From a virus (lineage: Duplodnaviria > Caudoviricetes), in the IMG/VR virus record IMGVR_UViG_3300049144_000095, positions 187,160 through 251,159 of that record: a stretch of 64,000 nucleotides of DNA. The stretch is one strand, 5' to 3'. Position 1 is the first letter of the stretch. The number at the start of each line of letters is the position of its first letter. Below are positions 45,154 to 54,691 of the stretch, piece after piece. The notes below the pieces were generated by a model that saw only the letters and a list, made by a program, of their open reading frames with translations, was not told where the DNA came from and did not search any database. A program made the position numbers and the translations under genes.

Positions 45154-45930
45154 ATGAGCGACAAGACCGCACTCGGCGACCGCATGAAGGACTACGAAGC
45201 CGTCCAGAGGACCGTTCTGCCGCGCCGGACCTACACACTGCTGCGTCTCGACGGCAGGGCTTTCCACACCTACCTGCGGGGCGCCGACAAGCCCTTCGAC
45301 ATGCAGTTCATCGGCGATATGGCGGCCGTCGCCGAGGCCCTGTGTGCGGAGATCAGTGGCACCGTCTTCGCCTACACGCAGTCCGACGAGATCAGTCTGC
45401 TGGTCACCGACTTCGCGTCACCCCAGACTCAGCCCTGGTTCGGTGGAGTCACAGCCAAGATGCTCTCCGTCTCGGCATCTCTGGCTACCGCCGTGCTGAA
45501 CGAGCGGCGTCTGGGAGGACGTGCACTCTTCGATGCCCGGGTGTTCACCCTGTCGGACCCCGTGGAGGTGGCCAACTACTTCCTGTGGAGGCAGCGCGAC
45601 GCGGTCAGGAATTCCGTCTCGATGGCAGCTCAGGCGCACTTCTCGCACAAGCGGCTGAACGGAGTCGACAGCAACGGCATGCAGGAGCTGCTGTGGTCGG
45701 AGGCGGGCGTCAACTGGAACGACTACCCCGACGAATGCAAGCGGGGCAGCATCTCCCTTCGGATGACGGGCCCGCGCCCGGTGGAGTACTTCGACAAGCG
45801 CACCGAGAAGCTGATGCAGACCGTCGCTACTCGCTCGTGGTGGGAGACGGCTCCAGCGCCGCACTTCACACTCAACGCGGACGGCTGGTTGGCCGAGGTC
45901 ATCCCGGCCCTTCCCCGGCTCACGGGATAG
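45154..45930 (+). CDS. Thg1-like tRNA(His) guanylyltransferase / 3'-5' nucleotidyltransferase
   Basis: RMKDYE; LRLDGRAFH; KPFD; YTQSDEISLL; FDARVF; YFLWRQRDA.RNS. Confidence 0.93.
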   Translation: MSDKTALGDRMKDYEAVQRTVLPRRTYTLLRLDGRAFHTYLRGADKPFDMQFIGDMAAVAEALCAEISGTVFAYTQSDEISLLVTDFASPQTQPWFGGVTAKMLSVSASLATAVLNERRLGGRALFDARVFTLSDPVEVANYFLWRQRDAVRNSVSMAAQAHFSHKRLNGVDSNGMQELLWSEAGVNWNDYPDECKRGSISLRMTGPRPVEYFDKRTEKLMQTVATRSWWETAPAPHFTLNADGWLAEVIPALPRLTG

Positions 45931-46014
45931 CCAGTCTGTAGGGGTCGAGCGGGGCCGCCGATGAAGGTGGCTCCGTTCGATACAGTCGCGCATACGAGGA
46001 AAGGGGAAGGCGAG

Positions 46015-47229
46015 ATGGGTAAGGGCAAGAAGCCGTCGCCACGAGTACGTCGGGCCGCTGAGACCAACGAGGCCGTGGAGCGGATCATCGCGTGCACGCA
46101 GCGCGCGGCGGCAGATCTGGCACCCATCCCGCAGGCCGCTGAGAACGTGCGCCGACTCCGGCGCGGCATGGGCACTACCTGGCCGTACCCGCTCGTGGAG
46201 GCGTACGGGGCGGAGAAGGTGCTCTCGCTCGATGACTACGTGCTGCGGAACGCCGTGGTGGATCTGTGGCGGCTGGAGGGGCGCATCGCATACGACCTGC
46301 ATCCGGAGATGGCGGCCAAGCTGCACCGGGCCGACCTGAAGGGAAAGGTGCCCGGCGATCTGTTCAGCAGACTGCCTCACCGCAGCCCGCTGGTTCCCCT
46401 GCCTCGGCCGTGGCCGTTCCAGTCCGGCCGGAAGGGTCTGATCCGAGGCTTCTTCCTGACGGGTGTCGTCGGTAAGGGCGGTGACGCCGGGCTGTGCATC
46501 ACTACCGACCCTCGCTCGGACGGGCTGGGCGTCATGCCGTGGATCGAATGGGAGGGTGCCGGACCGGACGACTACGAGAAGGTGGTCACCCCTCTGTTCG
46601 TGCTGCCCTCCACTCGGGACGCATTCACGGTCGCCGACATCGTCGACCACACCAACGACTGGCACGGCACGGAAACGGATGGCAATGAGCGGAAGATCGT
46701 CAAGCAGATCCTCCCGGGTGCCATCTCGGTACTGATGTACCTGTGCTGCGACAACCGGGACATGCCGGAGCACGGGGATCGCGGGCCCGGCGCCAGCAAG
46801 CGAGGAAGAGCTGCGCCCCCTCGCGATCCGTTCTACGTTCGGGTCGGCTGGCACATCGGACCGAAACTGCATGCTGCCCGGCTGCTCGCCCAGGGCGGCG
46901 GACAGCTTCGCGACGGAGTGTCGGTACCGTCGGGCGTGGAGTACGGGCCGCAGCACCGGGTGGGTCACTTCAAGTGGGTCCATCACGGACCGGCCCGGTC
47001 GCAGCAGTCGTTCAAGTGGATCGATCCGTACTGGACGAAGCTGGACCTGCTGGAGGAGATGCGGGCCGAAGGCCGTGAGCCCAGCACGGGGATCATTCCC
47101 GTAGATGCGCAGCGCAGAGACCCGGCCGGTCATCGGGACGTGAAGCTGTCCAACCTGGGTCGGGCCAAGGAGCGTGAGATCCGCGAACGTGAGGCACAAC
47201 GGTCAAGGGAAGACGACTGGGACTGGTAG
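46015..47229 (+). CDS. conserved-looking hypothetical protein (about 404 aa)
   Basis: AGGGGAAGG RBS; C-terminal PQHRVGHFKWVHHG...KWIDPYW. Confidence 0.75.
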   Translation: MGKGKKPSPRVRRAAETNEAVERIIACTQRAAADLAPIPQAAENVRRLRRGMGTTWPYPLVEAYGAEKVLSLDDYVLRNAVVDLWRLEGRIAYDLHPEMAAKLHRADLKGKVPGDLFSRLPHRSPLVPLPRPWPFQSGRKGLIRGFFLTGVVGKGGDAGLCITTDPRSDGLGVMPWIEWEGAGPDDYEKVVTPLFVLPSTRDAFTVADIVDHTNDWHGTETDGNERKIVKQILPGAISVLMYLCCDNRDMPEHGDRGPGASKRGRAAPPRDPFYVRVGWHIGPKLHAARLLAQGGGQLRDGVSVPSGVEYGPQHRVGHFKWVHHGPARSQQSFKWIDPYWTKLDLLEEMRAEGREPSTGIIPVDAQRRDPAGHRDVKLSNLGRAKEREIREREAQRSREDDWDW

Positions 47230-47244
47230 AACTGCACACGTGAA

Positions 47245-47298
47245 GAAGGGGCGGACCACTGTGGTCCGCCCCTTCGAGTTGTATCGCGCGATACAACT
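47245..47298. repeat. hairpin plus 22-bp perfect palindrome, copy 2, 7 bp past the end of the par operon
   Basis: GAAGGGGCGGACCA..TGGTCCGCCCCTTC then AGTTGTATCGCGCGATACAACT (47277-47298). Confidence 0.85.
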
Positions 47299-47305
47299 TC
47301 CAGCG

Positions 47306-48226
47306 TCAGGCTGGCTGCCCGACGCCCAGCGCCGCGAAGATCTCCTTGGCTACGAGCAAGGCGATGTCCGGCTGAGCCTTGGCGACTTCTCGCACCCGGG
47401 CGGCATCAAAAACCCCCGCCTTGGTCTGGAACCTCAGCACCGGAGTGCTGTCGCCGGAGCCTTCCTTCTCCCCTTCGGAGATCACCTTGTTCGGTTCGTA
47501 GCCGAGCTGCGCCCGAATCTTCAGTAGAGACGGCGCACCGGTGTCCCCCCATCCCATGGCTGTGGTCCAGACTTCCCGGACTGCCTTCTGGCCGTAGTTC
47601 GTGAGGACCGGGGAGAGGGCATCGATTTGGCGAACGCCGAGCTTGCCGACGTCCAGGCCCTTCAGAGCCTCCATGATGGGCTCTTCTTTGGTCATCCGGT
47701 AGGCATGTTGCCGGGACACTCCGACCATGCGACACCAGGCACTCCAGGAGCGGCATTCCTTGTTCGTCGCGGGGTCGATGGTGTCTCGCCAGGATTCGCT
47801 TGCCCAGGCCAGACGTACGGCCGGTCCCGCGTAGTGGAAGTAGCTCGCCAGGGACCGCTTCTGCATCTCTTCGAGCAGAGCATTGGCTGCATGGATGCGC
47901 TTCTCGCAGGCGACAATGATCTCGGCACGCGTACCCGACTCGGGCAGCTCGGCCGTCAGCGCCTTCGCGAGGGCTTCGGAGAGGCCGAGAGCGGCAGGCA
48001 TTCCCGACCGCCCTCTCGGCTCCATCCGGGCCGCCTGCTTGCTGGCGTCCGATACGTCAGACTCCTGAGCGGAGGCGCCTTCGGTCGGCTTGACGTTCGT
48101 GGCGTCGCCCAGTGTCTCCCTCGTGACCTCGATCGGACCCTCGCCCGTCGGTGGCAGCATGCCTCGGCGAACCTTGGTTGCGGCGTTCCCGTTTGCCTGA
48201 CCTCCGACTACGGTTCCCTTCCTCAT
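47306..48226 (-). CDS. ParA partner, putative centromere-binding protein (no canonical ParBc motif)
   Basis: Start overlaps parA stop; flexible N-terminus, then ACEKRI..YFHYAG..WSAWCRMVGVSRQHAYRM HTH-like segment. Confidence 0.6.
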   Translation of the reverse strand: MRKGTVVGGQANGNAATKVRRGMLPPTGEGPIEVTRETLGDATNVKPTEGASAQESDVSDASKQAARMEPRGRSGMPAALGLSEALAKALTAELPESGTRAEIIVACEKRIHAANALLEEMQKRSLASYFHYAGPAVRLAWASESWRDTIDPATNKECRSWSAWCRMVGVSRQHAYRMTKEEPIMEALKGLDVGKLGVRQIDALSPVLTNYGQKAVREVWTTAMGWGDTGAPSLLKIRAQLGYEPNKVISEGEKEGSGDSTPVLRFQTKAGVFDAARVREVAKAQPDIALLVAKEIFAALGVGQPA

Positions 48227-49149
48227 CAGACGGCCAGCTCCTTCACCAGGTCATCCAGCTTTGCCGGTTCCATCAGATCCAGCTCCAGGATCTCTTCCCT
48301 GCTCAGCACTTCACCGTTGAGGAGCATCGGCACGAGTTCACCAACCTCCCGCTTGGTCATCAGCTTCGCGTCGAGCACCTGCTCCACGGTCAGGATCTCC
48401 ATCTCCAGGAGCATGGGCACGAAGCCGACCAGCTCGTCCCAGCGCGGGCAGTCCGGGTCGATGGCCGGTGAACCCTTCATTCGCGGGATGCGGCCGAACG
48501 TCCTCTTGTACGCCACGAGCATGGGGATGTCGGTGTCCAGTAGCGGGTACGGTCCACGCCTCGGGTCGTCCGGCTTGTACCGGGTGTCCTCCGAGAGAAG
48601 TACGTCGCGGCTGTCCTCCCGGTCGCGACTGTTCTCGCAGCGGCTCAGCACGTAGTAGAAGGCGCACCCCCAGGGGTTGAGTGTGGCAGCCATGAACGCG
48701 GCGTCGCGAGTTTTCGGCGCCTGCTCCAGGTCACCCTCGTCAGGGCAGAGGGGCACGAGCAGTTTGTGGGCCCGCTGGACAGCGCTCTGGAAGGCACCGA
48801 CGTTGCCGCCACCGACGTCAACGATGATGTAGTCGACGTCGCCTCGGTCGATGACCTTGTCGATCTCGTCATGGAGGGTGTCGAAGGGGTGGCGGATGAC
48901 TTCGACGCCCCAGTCATAGGCACGCTGCTTCGCCTTGAGGGGCCAGTTGGAGCTGGTCTGCGAGCCGGAGTCGGCGTCGAACACGACGACGCGGTACCCG
49001 AAGACGGTCTTCAGGATGAGGGCCATGAGCATGGCCAGGCGGCTCTTGCCGGTGCCGCCCTTGAGTGCGCCGACCGCGACGACCTGGGTCTGACGGGTCT
49101 CTCTGGGCTGCGTATCGTCCAGAGGTGCGGCGGGTTCAGGGATCTCCAT
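48226..49149 (-). CDS. parA: ParA-family partition ATPase
   Basis: VVAVGALKGGTGKS deviant Walker A; VVFDADS; YIIVDVGG; AHKLLVP. Confidence 0.9.
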   Translation of the reverse strand: MEIPEPAAPLDDTQPRETRQTQVVAVGALKGGTGKSRLAMLMALILKTVFGYRVVVFDADSGSQTSSNWPLKAKQRAYDWGVEVIRHPFDTLHDEIDKVIDRGDVDYIIVDVGGGNVGAFQSAVQRAHKLLVPLCPDEGDLEQAPKTRDAAFMAATLNPWGCAFYYVLSRCENSRDREDSRDVLLSEDTRYKPDDPRRGPYPLLDTDIPMLVAYKRTFGRIPRMKGSPAIDPDCPRWDELVGFVPMLLEMEILTVEQVLDAKLMTKREVGELVPMLLNGEVLSREEILELDLMEPAKLDDLVKELAV

Positions 49150-49295
49150 GGGGTTCCTTTCCGAGTGGGAGAGCCCCGGTCTCTGGTGCACTCAAAGGAG
49201 GTCGGGGCGATGACACCCAACCATCCTGATGCATGAAGATACAAGCGACGCCCCTGAGATGACGCCCAACCACCTGAAAATATGACCCTCGTCTG

Positions 49296-49613
49296 CTAGG
49301 AGGCGCTGGGTGCCGGGTTGGGCACGGGGGTGGGAGCCGTTGTGCAGATGCGGTCCGCCGCCAGCTTCGTTGACGACGAAAGCCGGGTGTCACCCTGGTC
49401 TCGCAGGAGGGCCCACAGGGCGCAGGTGAGCTGGAGCTGGTCCGAACGCTGCGCCAGCCCTGTCGTCTGGCCGCTCTTCAAGTTCGAGTACTGCGTCTGT
49501 GACTGTGCGTTTTGCCAGACGAGGAAGATGGCGACGGCGACGGTGACGGCGCCGACGATCATCATGATCAGAGTGGCGTCCTGTCGGGCTTTTCGCGCCT
49601 CAGGGGTCGGCAT
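49296..49613 (-). CDS. single-TM protein at the end of the lysis cassette
   Basis: LIMMIVGAVTVAVAIFLVW; two Cys in the C-terminal part. Confidence 0.6.
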   Translation of the reverse strand: MPTPEARKARQDATLIMMIVGAVTVAVAIFLVWQNAQSQTQYSNLKSGQTTGLAQRSDQLQLTCALWALLRDQGDTRLSSSTKLAADRICTTAPTPVPNPAPSAS

Positions 49614-49615
49614 GA

Positions 49616-50308
49616 TTACTCCCCTCGGAAGAGAGCCGCCAGCAGGGCGGGGATGACAGGCACGGTCTCTGAAGATCCAGGACTGGAGCCTGAGCCCGCC
49701 TCCGAGCTAGGGCTCGCAGATGGGCTGGGCTCGGGATTGATGCGGCGGCAGACCAGACTGTCGGGGTCATTGGGGTCCGTTTCCAACCGGTACCCGTCCG
49801 GACAGGTCTGCCCGTCCCGCCCGTCCTTGCCGTCCTTGCCGTCCTGGCCAGCCTGGCCAGCCTGACCGGCGGTCCCAGGGGAACCGACGGGGCCGACCGG
49901 CCCGGGGACGGTTGAATCGGCTCCAGGCGCCCCCGCCGGGCCCGGAACGGTCGATGACGGCCCTATAGGTCCAGGCGGCCCGCTGGGTCCTGGAATTGTC
50001 GAGACGGGGCCCGGCGCCCCTGCCGAGCCCGGTGCGCCTGCTGGACCCTGAGGCCCCGGGACGGTGGAGGTGGGCCCCGGATCGCCCCTTTCCCCACGGG
50101 CGCCGACGACCGGTGTTCCGCCAAGACTGCGCACCTGCTCAACCAGGGCGTCTCGCTGAATCGACAGGGTGTGGACAGTGACCAGCACGTAGCCGAGCAC
50201 CAAGACAACGGCAAGGACTCCCGCCGCCCAGACGAGGTCACTTCGCCGCCGCGCCCGAGAAGGCGTGCTCGGTTTGAGCCCCCTCCTTCTTGCGTGTTCG
50301 CCGTTCAT
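49616..50308 (-). CDS. membrane-anchored collagen-like (Gly-X-Y) protein
   Basis: N-terminal TM; about 30 G-X-Y triplets; CPDGY...LVC. Confidence 0.8.
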   Translation of the reverse strand: MNGEHARRRGLKPSTPSRARRRSDLVWAAGVLAVVLVLGYVLVTVHTLSIQRDALVEQVRSLGGTPVVGARGERGDPGPTSTVPGPQGPAGAPGSAGAPGPVSTIPGPSGPPGPIGPSSTVPGPAGAPGADSTVPGPVGPVGSPGTAGQAGQAGQDGKDGKDGRDGQTCPDGYRLETDPNDPDSLVCRRINPEPSPSASPSSEAGSGSSPGSSETVPVIPALLAALFRGE

Positions 50309-50309
50309 C

Positions 50310-50672
50310 TCACGTCCCCTTGCTCGCCAAGTACACCTGAAGCAGGGTGAGAAGAAGCGGAACGACGAGCGCGGTCAGGATGAGCCGCTTGTCGGACGCC
50401 CTGCGTGCCTCCAGTTCCCGCTGTTCCTGCTGTCGACGCTCGGCTTCCCGGGCTCGCTCGTTTTCAATCTGCGCTACCCGAAGAACCAGTGCCTCATGTC
50501 TCTCATCCTGACTTCGTTGCTGAAGTTCCAGCAACGTCGCATCGACCTTCGTGTCCAGACGTGTCGTCAGGGCACGCATGTCTTCTTTGAGGTCTTCGAA
50601 GCCTGCATCCAAGCGACGAGCCAACTCGCCGTTCGTCGGCTCGACGCTCACGATGACCTCCTCGCACGGCAA
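50310..50672 (-). CDS. coiled-coil protein with C-terminal TM (lysis-cassette)
   Basis: EPTNGELARRLD...LILTALVVPLLLTLLQVYL. Confidence 0.7.
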   Translation of the reverse strand: MPCEEVIVSVEPTNGELARRLDAGFEDLKEDMRALTTRLDTKVDATLLELQQRSQDERHEALVLRVAQIENERAREAERRQQEQRELEARRASDKRLILTALVVPLLLTLLQVYLASKGT

Positions 50673-50722
50673 CCGTCACTTTCGCTGGTCTCTCACGGCG
50701 GCGGGTTTGCGAATCCCGAGAG

Positions 50723-51100
50723 TCACGCCGCCTTCGACAAGGCGGCCGGGGCGCGCTGTTCGATCGGGGTGATGGCGACCGGCGCCGTGACACGCTCGCG
50801 CAGCCACAGAGCCACGGCACCCTCGACCGCGAACATCCACAGGGCCTGCGTATGGGTGTCCATGTTGAGCCCGAAGGCGAGGAACAGCGCCAGGGCGCCC
50901 TGTGCCAGGTTCACGATGGCGGCGCCTATCGCGCCGGTCTTCAGGACGACCGCCTCGACAACGGCGACCACGAGGGAAAGGAGCGCCATGATGGCACCCT
51001 GCTGCGCCTCGGAGACGTCCAGGCCGTACGCCGTGGCCAGCTTCAGGACGACGGCCACGAAGGCCAGAATGTAGACCGGTTCCCGGCCGAAGATCTTCAT
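50723..51100 (-). CDS. holin-like membrane protein
   Basis: KIFGREPV; about four hydrophobic segments; directly after endolysin. Confidence 0.75.
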   Translation of the reverse strand: MKIFGREPVYILAFVAVVLKLATAYGLDVSEAQQGAIMALLSLVVAVVEAVVLKTGAIGAAIVNLAQGALALFLAFGLNMDTHTQALWMFAVEGAVALWLRERVTAPVAITPIEQRAPAALSKAA

Positions 51101-51118
51101 GTTTGTTTCTCCTGTCGA

Positions 51119-52048
51119 TCAGGCGACCACGGTGAAGCCGTGCTTCTTGCCGAGGGCGGTCAGTGAGTCCATGCCGGGGATGCCGTCGGCGGGGCCGCCG
51201 GACTTCGTGGAGGCGCCCGGGTACAGCTTGAGCTGCCACTTCCGGTACGCCGTGACGGTGTCGCTGCCGAAGTGGCCGTCGAGCCGGGACTTGGCCAGCA
51301 GTCCCTCGTTGATCAGGGCAGCCTCGACCGTCCGGGTGCCGGAGTAGGTGACCGGGGTACCGCTCTTGTCGGGATCCGTCTCGGCAGCCTGACGGAGCTT
51401 GGACAGGTCCACCACGGGCTTCGACGGAGCCGGAAGCGGGTTCGGGGTGGACTTGTCGAGGCGCTTCGCGACGGCCGCGAGGACGAAGTCCCAGCTCATG
51501 CCGGGGCCGCGAGGGTCAACCTTCCCCGGCTGCCAGTCCAGGTGGCGCAGGGCGGAGCGGGCCGACCAGCCATGGTGGCGGCAGATCGCTGCGACCACCT
51601 TGACGATGGCGTCGATCTGTACGGACGGCCATTCGTCCTTGTTGTCGCCCAGGTTCTCGCACTCGAAGCCGTAGAAATGACGGTTGCCGTCCACAGTGGC
51701 CTCGTTGTCGGCGGGCGGCGTGCGCTCGGCGATGATGGCGCTGAGAACGTCCGGGTCACCGAGACCTGCGTGGTTGGCACGGCCGTAGCCAACCAGGTAA
51801 ACCGTGCCGTTCTTGGCGATCATTCCGTGGCACAGAGGGCCCGGCAGGTCGGTGTATCCGTTCCGCACGATGTTGACGGTGTTCTGAGTTCCTTTGGTCA
51901 CGGTGTGGTGAATCATCACGCCGTGGACGGGTCCCCAGGGCCCCTTGTGGTTGCGGTTGTGGTTCTCCCAGTCGCCGACTTCGACGACGGTGACCCCTTC
52001 GCCCTTCAGGGCCGCAAGGAAAGTTGCTGCGCTCATCGGCGTAGACAA
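51119..52048 (-). CDS. endolysin: N-acetylmuramoyl-L-alanine amidase plus peptidoglycan-binding domain
   Basis: GVMIHHT; RANHAG; GFECEN; H.DWQPGKVDP; DGHFGSDTVTAYRKWQ..ADGIPG. Confidence 0.9.
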   Translation of the reverse strand: MSTPMSAATFLAALKGEGVTVVEVGDWENHNRNHKGPWGPVHGVMIHHTVTKGTQNTVNIVRNGYTDLPGPLCHGMIAKNGTVYLVGYGRANHAGLGDPDVLSAIIAERTPPADNEATVDGNRHFYGFECENLGDNKDEWPSVQIDAIVKVVAAICRHHGWSARSALRHLDWQPGKVDPRGPGMSWDFVLAAVAKRLDKSTPNPLPAPSKPVVDLSKLRQAAETDPDKSGTPVTYSGTRTVEAALINEGLLAKSRLDGHFGSDTVTAYRKWQLKLYPGASTKSGGPADGIPGMDSLTALGKKHGFTVVA

Positions 52049-52158
52049 GGCTTTCTCCTTCCGGTTTGACAGTGATAGCCTGCCATGTTTTTGGTATCGA
52101 ACTTCTCGACAAACAGCGGGCTTTCCTGCAATACTGGTAACTGGAAAGGGGATTGAAC

Positions 52159-52770
52159 GTGAACAAGGAAAATGGCTCGACTACCGCAAGTTTCCGACGG
52201 AGCTTTCTGGTCGGAACGGGTGTCGCAACGGCGCTCGCCCTGACGGCCGCCTGCTCGGGAGGCAGTACCTACTACTACGGGATCCGTGGCGTGGTCGAGG
52301 ATGCCGTGATCAGCTACGACTGTCCTCGGAACCTGTCGATGGAACCCGTCTCGTTCGATGCAGGCCATGGACGAGGAAGCGGCCCTGCGAGTTCGACTGG
52401 CCGAAGCCGCAAGGGCTCGGATAACAGCTCGAAGGCGAACTCCGGATCACAGGATCGCAAGACTCGCTCCCCTCGGCCGCAGAACGGCGCGACGAAGCAG
52501 GGATCCACGGAGGGCGCCAAGAAGGCCCCGGCGTCCAAGGCCCCGGCGTCCAAGGGTGTCGCGCTCTCGGAGAAGCCCGAGAAGCCCGAGCGGGTGAACA
52601 GGGTGCCGTCTGCACAGTCTGCGCTCGCGAGGCGCGGCTGCAAGGTCGATGACTACGAGCTGTTCATCCGGAACAAGAACGGTCTGTACGAGCAGGACGT
52701 CCGGCGCACGGACTACAAGAAGTGCACCAACAAGGCGCGCATGAGCTTCCCCGCCTGCACCACGATCTGA
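52159..52770 (+). CDS. putative Tat-exported lipoprotein
   Basis: SFRRSFL twin-arginine motif, hydrophobic stretch, LTAAC lipobox; four further Cys. Confidence 0.65.
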   Translation: MNKENGSTTASFRRSFLVGTGVATALALTAACSGGSTYYYGIRGVVEDAVISYDCPRNLSMEPVSFDAGHGRGSGPASSTGRSRKGSDNSSKANSGSQDRKTRSPRPQNGATKQGSTEGAKKAPASKAPASKGVALSEKPEKPERVNRVPSAQSALARRGCKVDDYELFIRNKNGLYEQDVRRTDYKKCTNKARMSFPACTTI

Positions 52771-52839
52771 TCAACGTTGACCGGGCCGCCGCCTCCGCCA
52801 CACTGGAGGCGGCGTTTCCGTTTAAGGGAAAGGGCGAAC

Positions 52840-53250
52840 ATGGCTGCACGAATGCGAGTGCTGGGCGAGCTATGCATCGAACCCCCGCTCACCCTGGCGG
52901 AGATCAAGCAGAGCAGCTTCCTGTCCACCAGCGACGGCGGCACGCGGGTTGCGGACGTGGTGCTGCAACTGACTCAGGAGACCAGGGAGACGGACACTGA
53001 GGTGGTCACTGTCATCACGTGCGAACGCGCGGTGCCGTGGACCACGAGCACCTATGACGCCGGGAACCTGCTGGAGGACGTCAAAGAGCTGGTCGCCGAG
53101 TGCGGGGAGCGCAAGGTCTCCGGGCAGATGATCGCCTACGACACCGAAATCTGGTACGTCACGCGTGTCGTGGTCGATGAAGACGGTGTGCGCGAGGAGG
53201 TGGCCAAGATGATCTGGCCCGACGGAACGGAAGTCGAGTCGCTGTACTGA
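52840..53250 (+). CDS. hypothetical protein
   Basis: GGGAAAGGG RBS. Confidence 0.65.
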   Translation: MAARMRVLGELCIEPPLTLAEIKQSSFLSTSDGGTRVADVVLQLTQETRETDTEVVTVITCERAVPWTTSTYDAGNLLEDVKELVAECGERKVSGQMIAYDTEIWYVTRVVVDEDGVREEVAKMIWPDGTEVESLY

Positions 53251-53311
53251 ACTGAAGACACAAGGGGCAGGGCCACATCGGTCCTGCCCCTTCGGTCGCT
53301 GAAGGGGTCGC

Positions 53312-53605
53312 ATGAGGAACGACGCAAGGACGATGCTGCGCTTCGAGCTGGCCGTCAACATCCACAGGCTCCTGGGGAAGCGACGGGGTGAGGTGATCGC
53401 CATGCTGGAGTCCTGCGGCATACCCGCAAGGGACGTCCCGCGCGAGACGGCGATATGGCGCGAAGGGCCAGTGGTTCACCTGGAGCGGTTCGTGCGCCAC
53501 GAGGGGGACGGCCCCATCCTCGTGAACGACGACGGGACAGGGGCAAGGGTCGAACCGCTGTCGATTACGCCGGACCGGATCCCGGAGTGGATACCGATGG
53601 ACTGA
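53312..53605 (+). CDS. hypothetical protein
   Basis: GAAGGGG RBS; followed by a hairpin. Confidence 0.55.
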   Translation: MRNDARTMLRFELAVNIHRLLGKRRGEVIAMLESCGIPARDVPRETAIWREGPVVHLERFVRHEGDGPILVNDDGTGARVEPLSITPDRIPEWIPMD

Positions 53606-53639
53606 GAAGAGCCCGCTTCTGCTGAGGCGGGCTCTTCTC
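53604..53639. terminator. hairpin terminator, possibly bidirectional
   Basis: GAGAAGAGCCCGC...GCGGGCTCTTCTC. Confidence 0.7.
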
Positions 53640-54040
53640 GCGTCACGCGACTACCACTGGGTAACAAATCTTCCGATTCCGAAGCCATCAAAAGTTACTG
53701 GTAAGTCACTAGATTCCGGAAGGAACGGCTCCGAATTCCAGTGGAAGTACCGGAACACGAAGGGGGACGTACGGGTCGAAACGGACGGGATGAAGCGCAT
53801 GGAATCGGAGTCAACAGACGTGAAACAGGCCGAATCGGACATGCGCCCTGTCCTCTTTGATCTGATATGGGGTCTATGACCAGCGCTTTAGGGCGGCGAG
53901 TCCACCCTTCCTTGCAGTCGCTCGTCGGGGACCCGCCTGACCTGTCCCGATTCGACCCCATTCATGCAGACCTGGAAGACCGCCGAAGCGGGGCGGTCCG
54001 GCAAGTGGCCTATCTCTGGGGTAGGCCAGCCTGTATGCTC

Positions 54041-54050
54041 GACCTAGGCC
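54041..54050. promoter_or_regulatory. GACCTAGGCC operator variant
   Basis: Directly upstream of the RBS of the SLOG gene; preceded by -10-like TATGCT. Confidence 0.5.
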
Positions 54051-54064
54051 ACGAAGGGACAACC

Positions 54065-54553
54065 GTGTCGCCGCAACTTGCAAGCCCTGAAGCGAAGTTG
54101 AGTGCCAACCTGGAAAAACCGCAGGCCGTGTTCACTATCATCGTGACCGGCTCTCGGGGGTGGTGGCACTGGCCGTCCGTGCAGCAGCCGCTCGACAATC
54201 TCCTGCGGAAGCACGGCAGGCTCCTGATCCGTAATGGCAGGGCCCGTTACGGCCTTGACGCTCTCGTGCACCGGTGGACCGTGGAGCACGAGGCTCAAGG
54301 GGCCATGGAGGATCCACATTGGGCCGACTGGGACCGCTTCGGCAGGGCGGAGGCTGGCCGTATCCGCAACCAGCGGATGGTCGACGAGGGCGCTGACCTG
54401 CTTCTTGTGTGGGCGTTGCCCTGCCGGAAACGCACGCCCTGGTGTCCCCCCGGGGAGCACCCCACTCACGGCACGGCGGACTGCGTTCGGCGTGCCAGAG
54501 ATGCCGGTATTGTCCCGAAGTTCTGCCCGATGGGCATGAGCTGGGCAGCGTGA
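54065..54553 (+). CDS. SLOG-superfamily (YspA/DUF2493-like) protein
   Basis: IIVTGSRGW; G.A.GLDALV; ADWDRFGRAEAGRIRNQRMVDEGADLLL; HGTADCVRRA. Confidence 0.8.
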   Translation: MSPQLASPEAKLSANLEKPQAVFTIIVTGSRGWWHWPSVQQPLDNLLRKHGRLLIRNGRARYGLDALVHRWTVEHEAQGAMEDPHWADWDRFGRAEAGRIRNQRMVDEGADLLLVWALPCRKRTPWCPPGEHPTHGTADCVRRARDAGIVPKFCPMGMSWAA

Positions 54554-54691
54554 TCCGGCGCAAGCACTTCAAAAAAGGTCAACTCTGAAGATTCGCCTTG
54601 GAATTCGTGGCGAACACCCAAAAGGAACCACGGAAAGGAAGGGGGCTCTTGGCTATGGTCAGGAACCCCCGAAGAAGAAACGGAGCTAGTC

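Noticed and set aside
54553-54691. c-di-AMP (ydaO) riboswitch before the NlpC/P60 gene
   Set aside because: Expected GGGGAAC..GGTGAAT..CCCGTCAGCTAAC-type elements not found.
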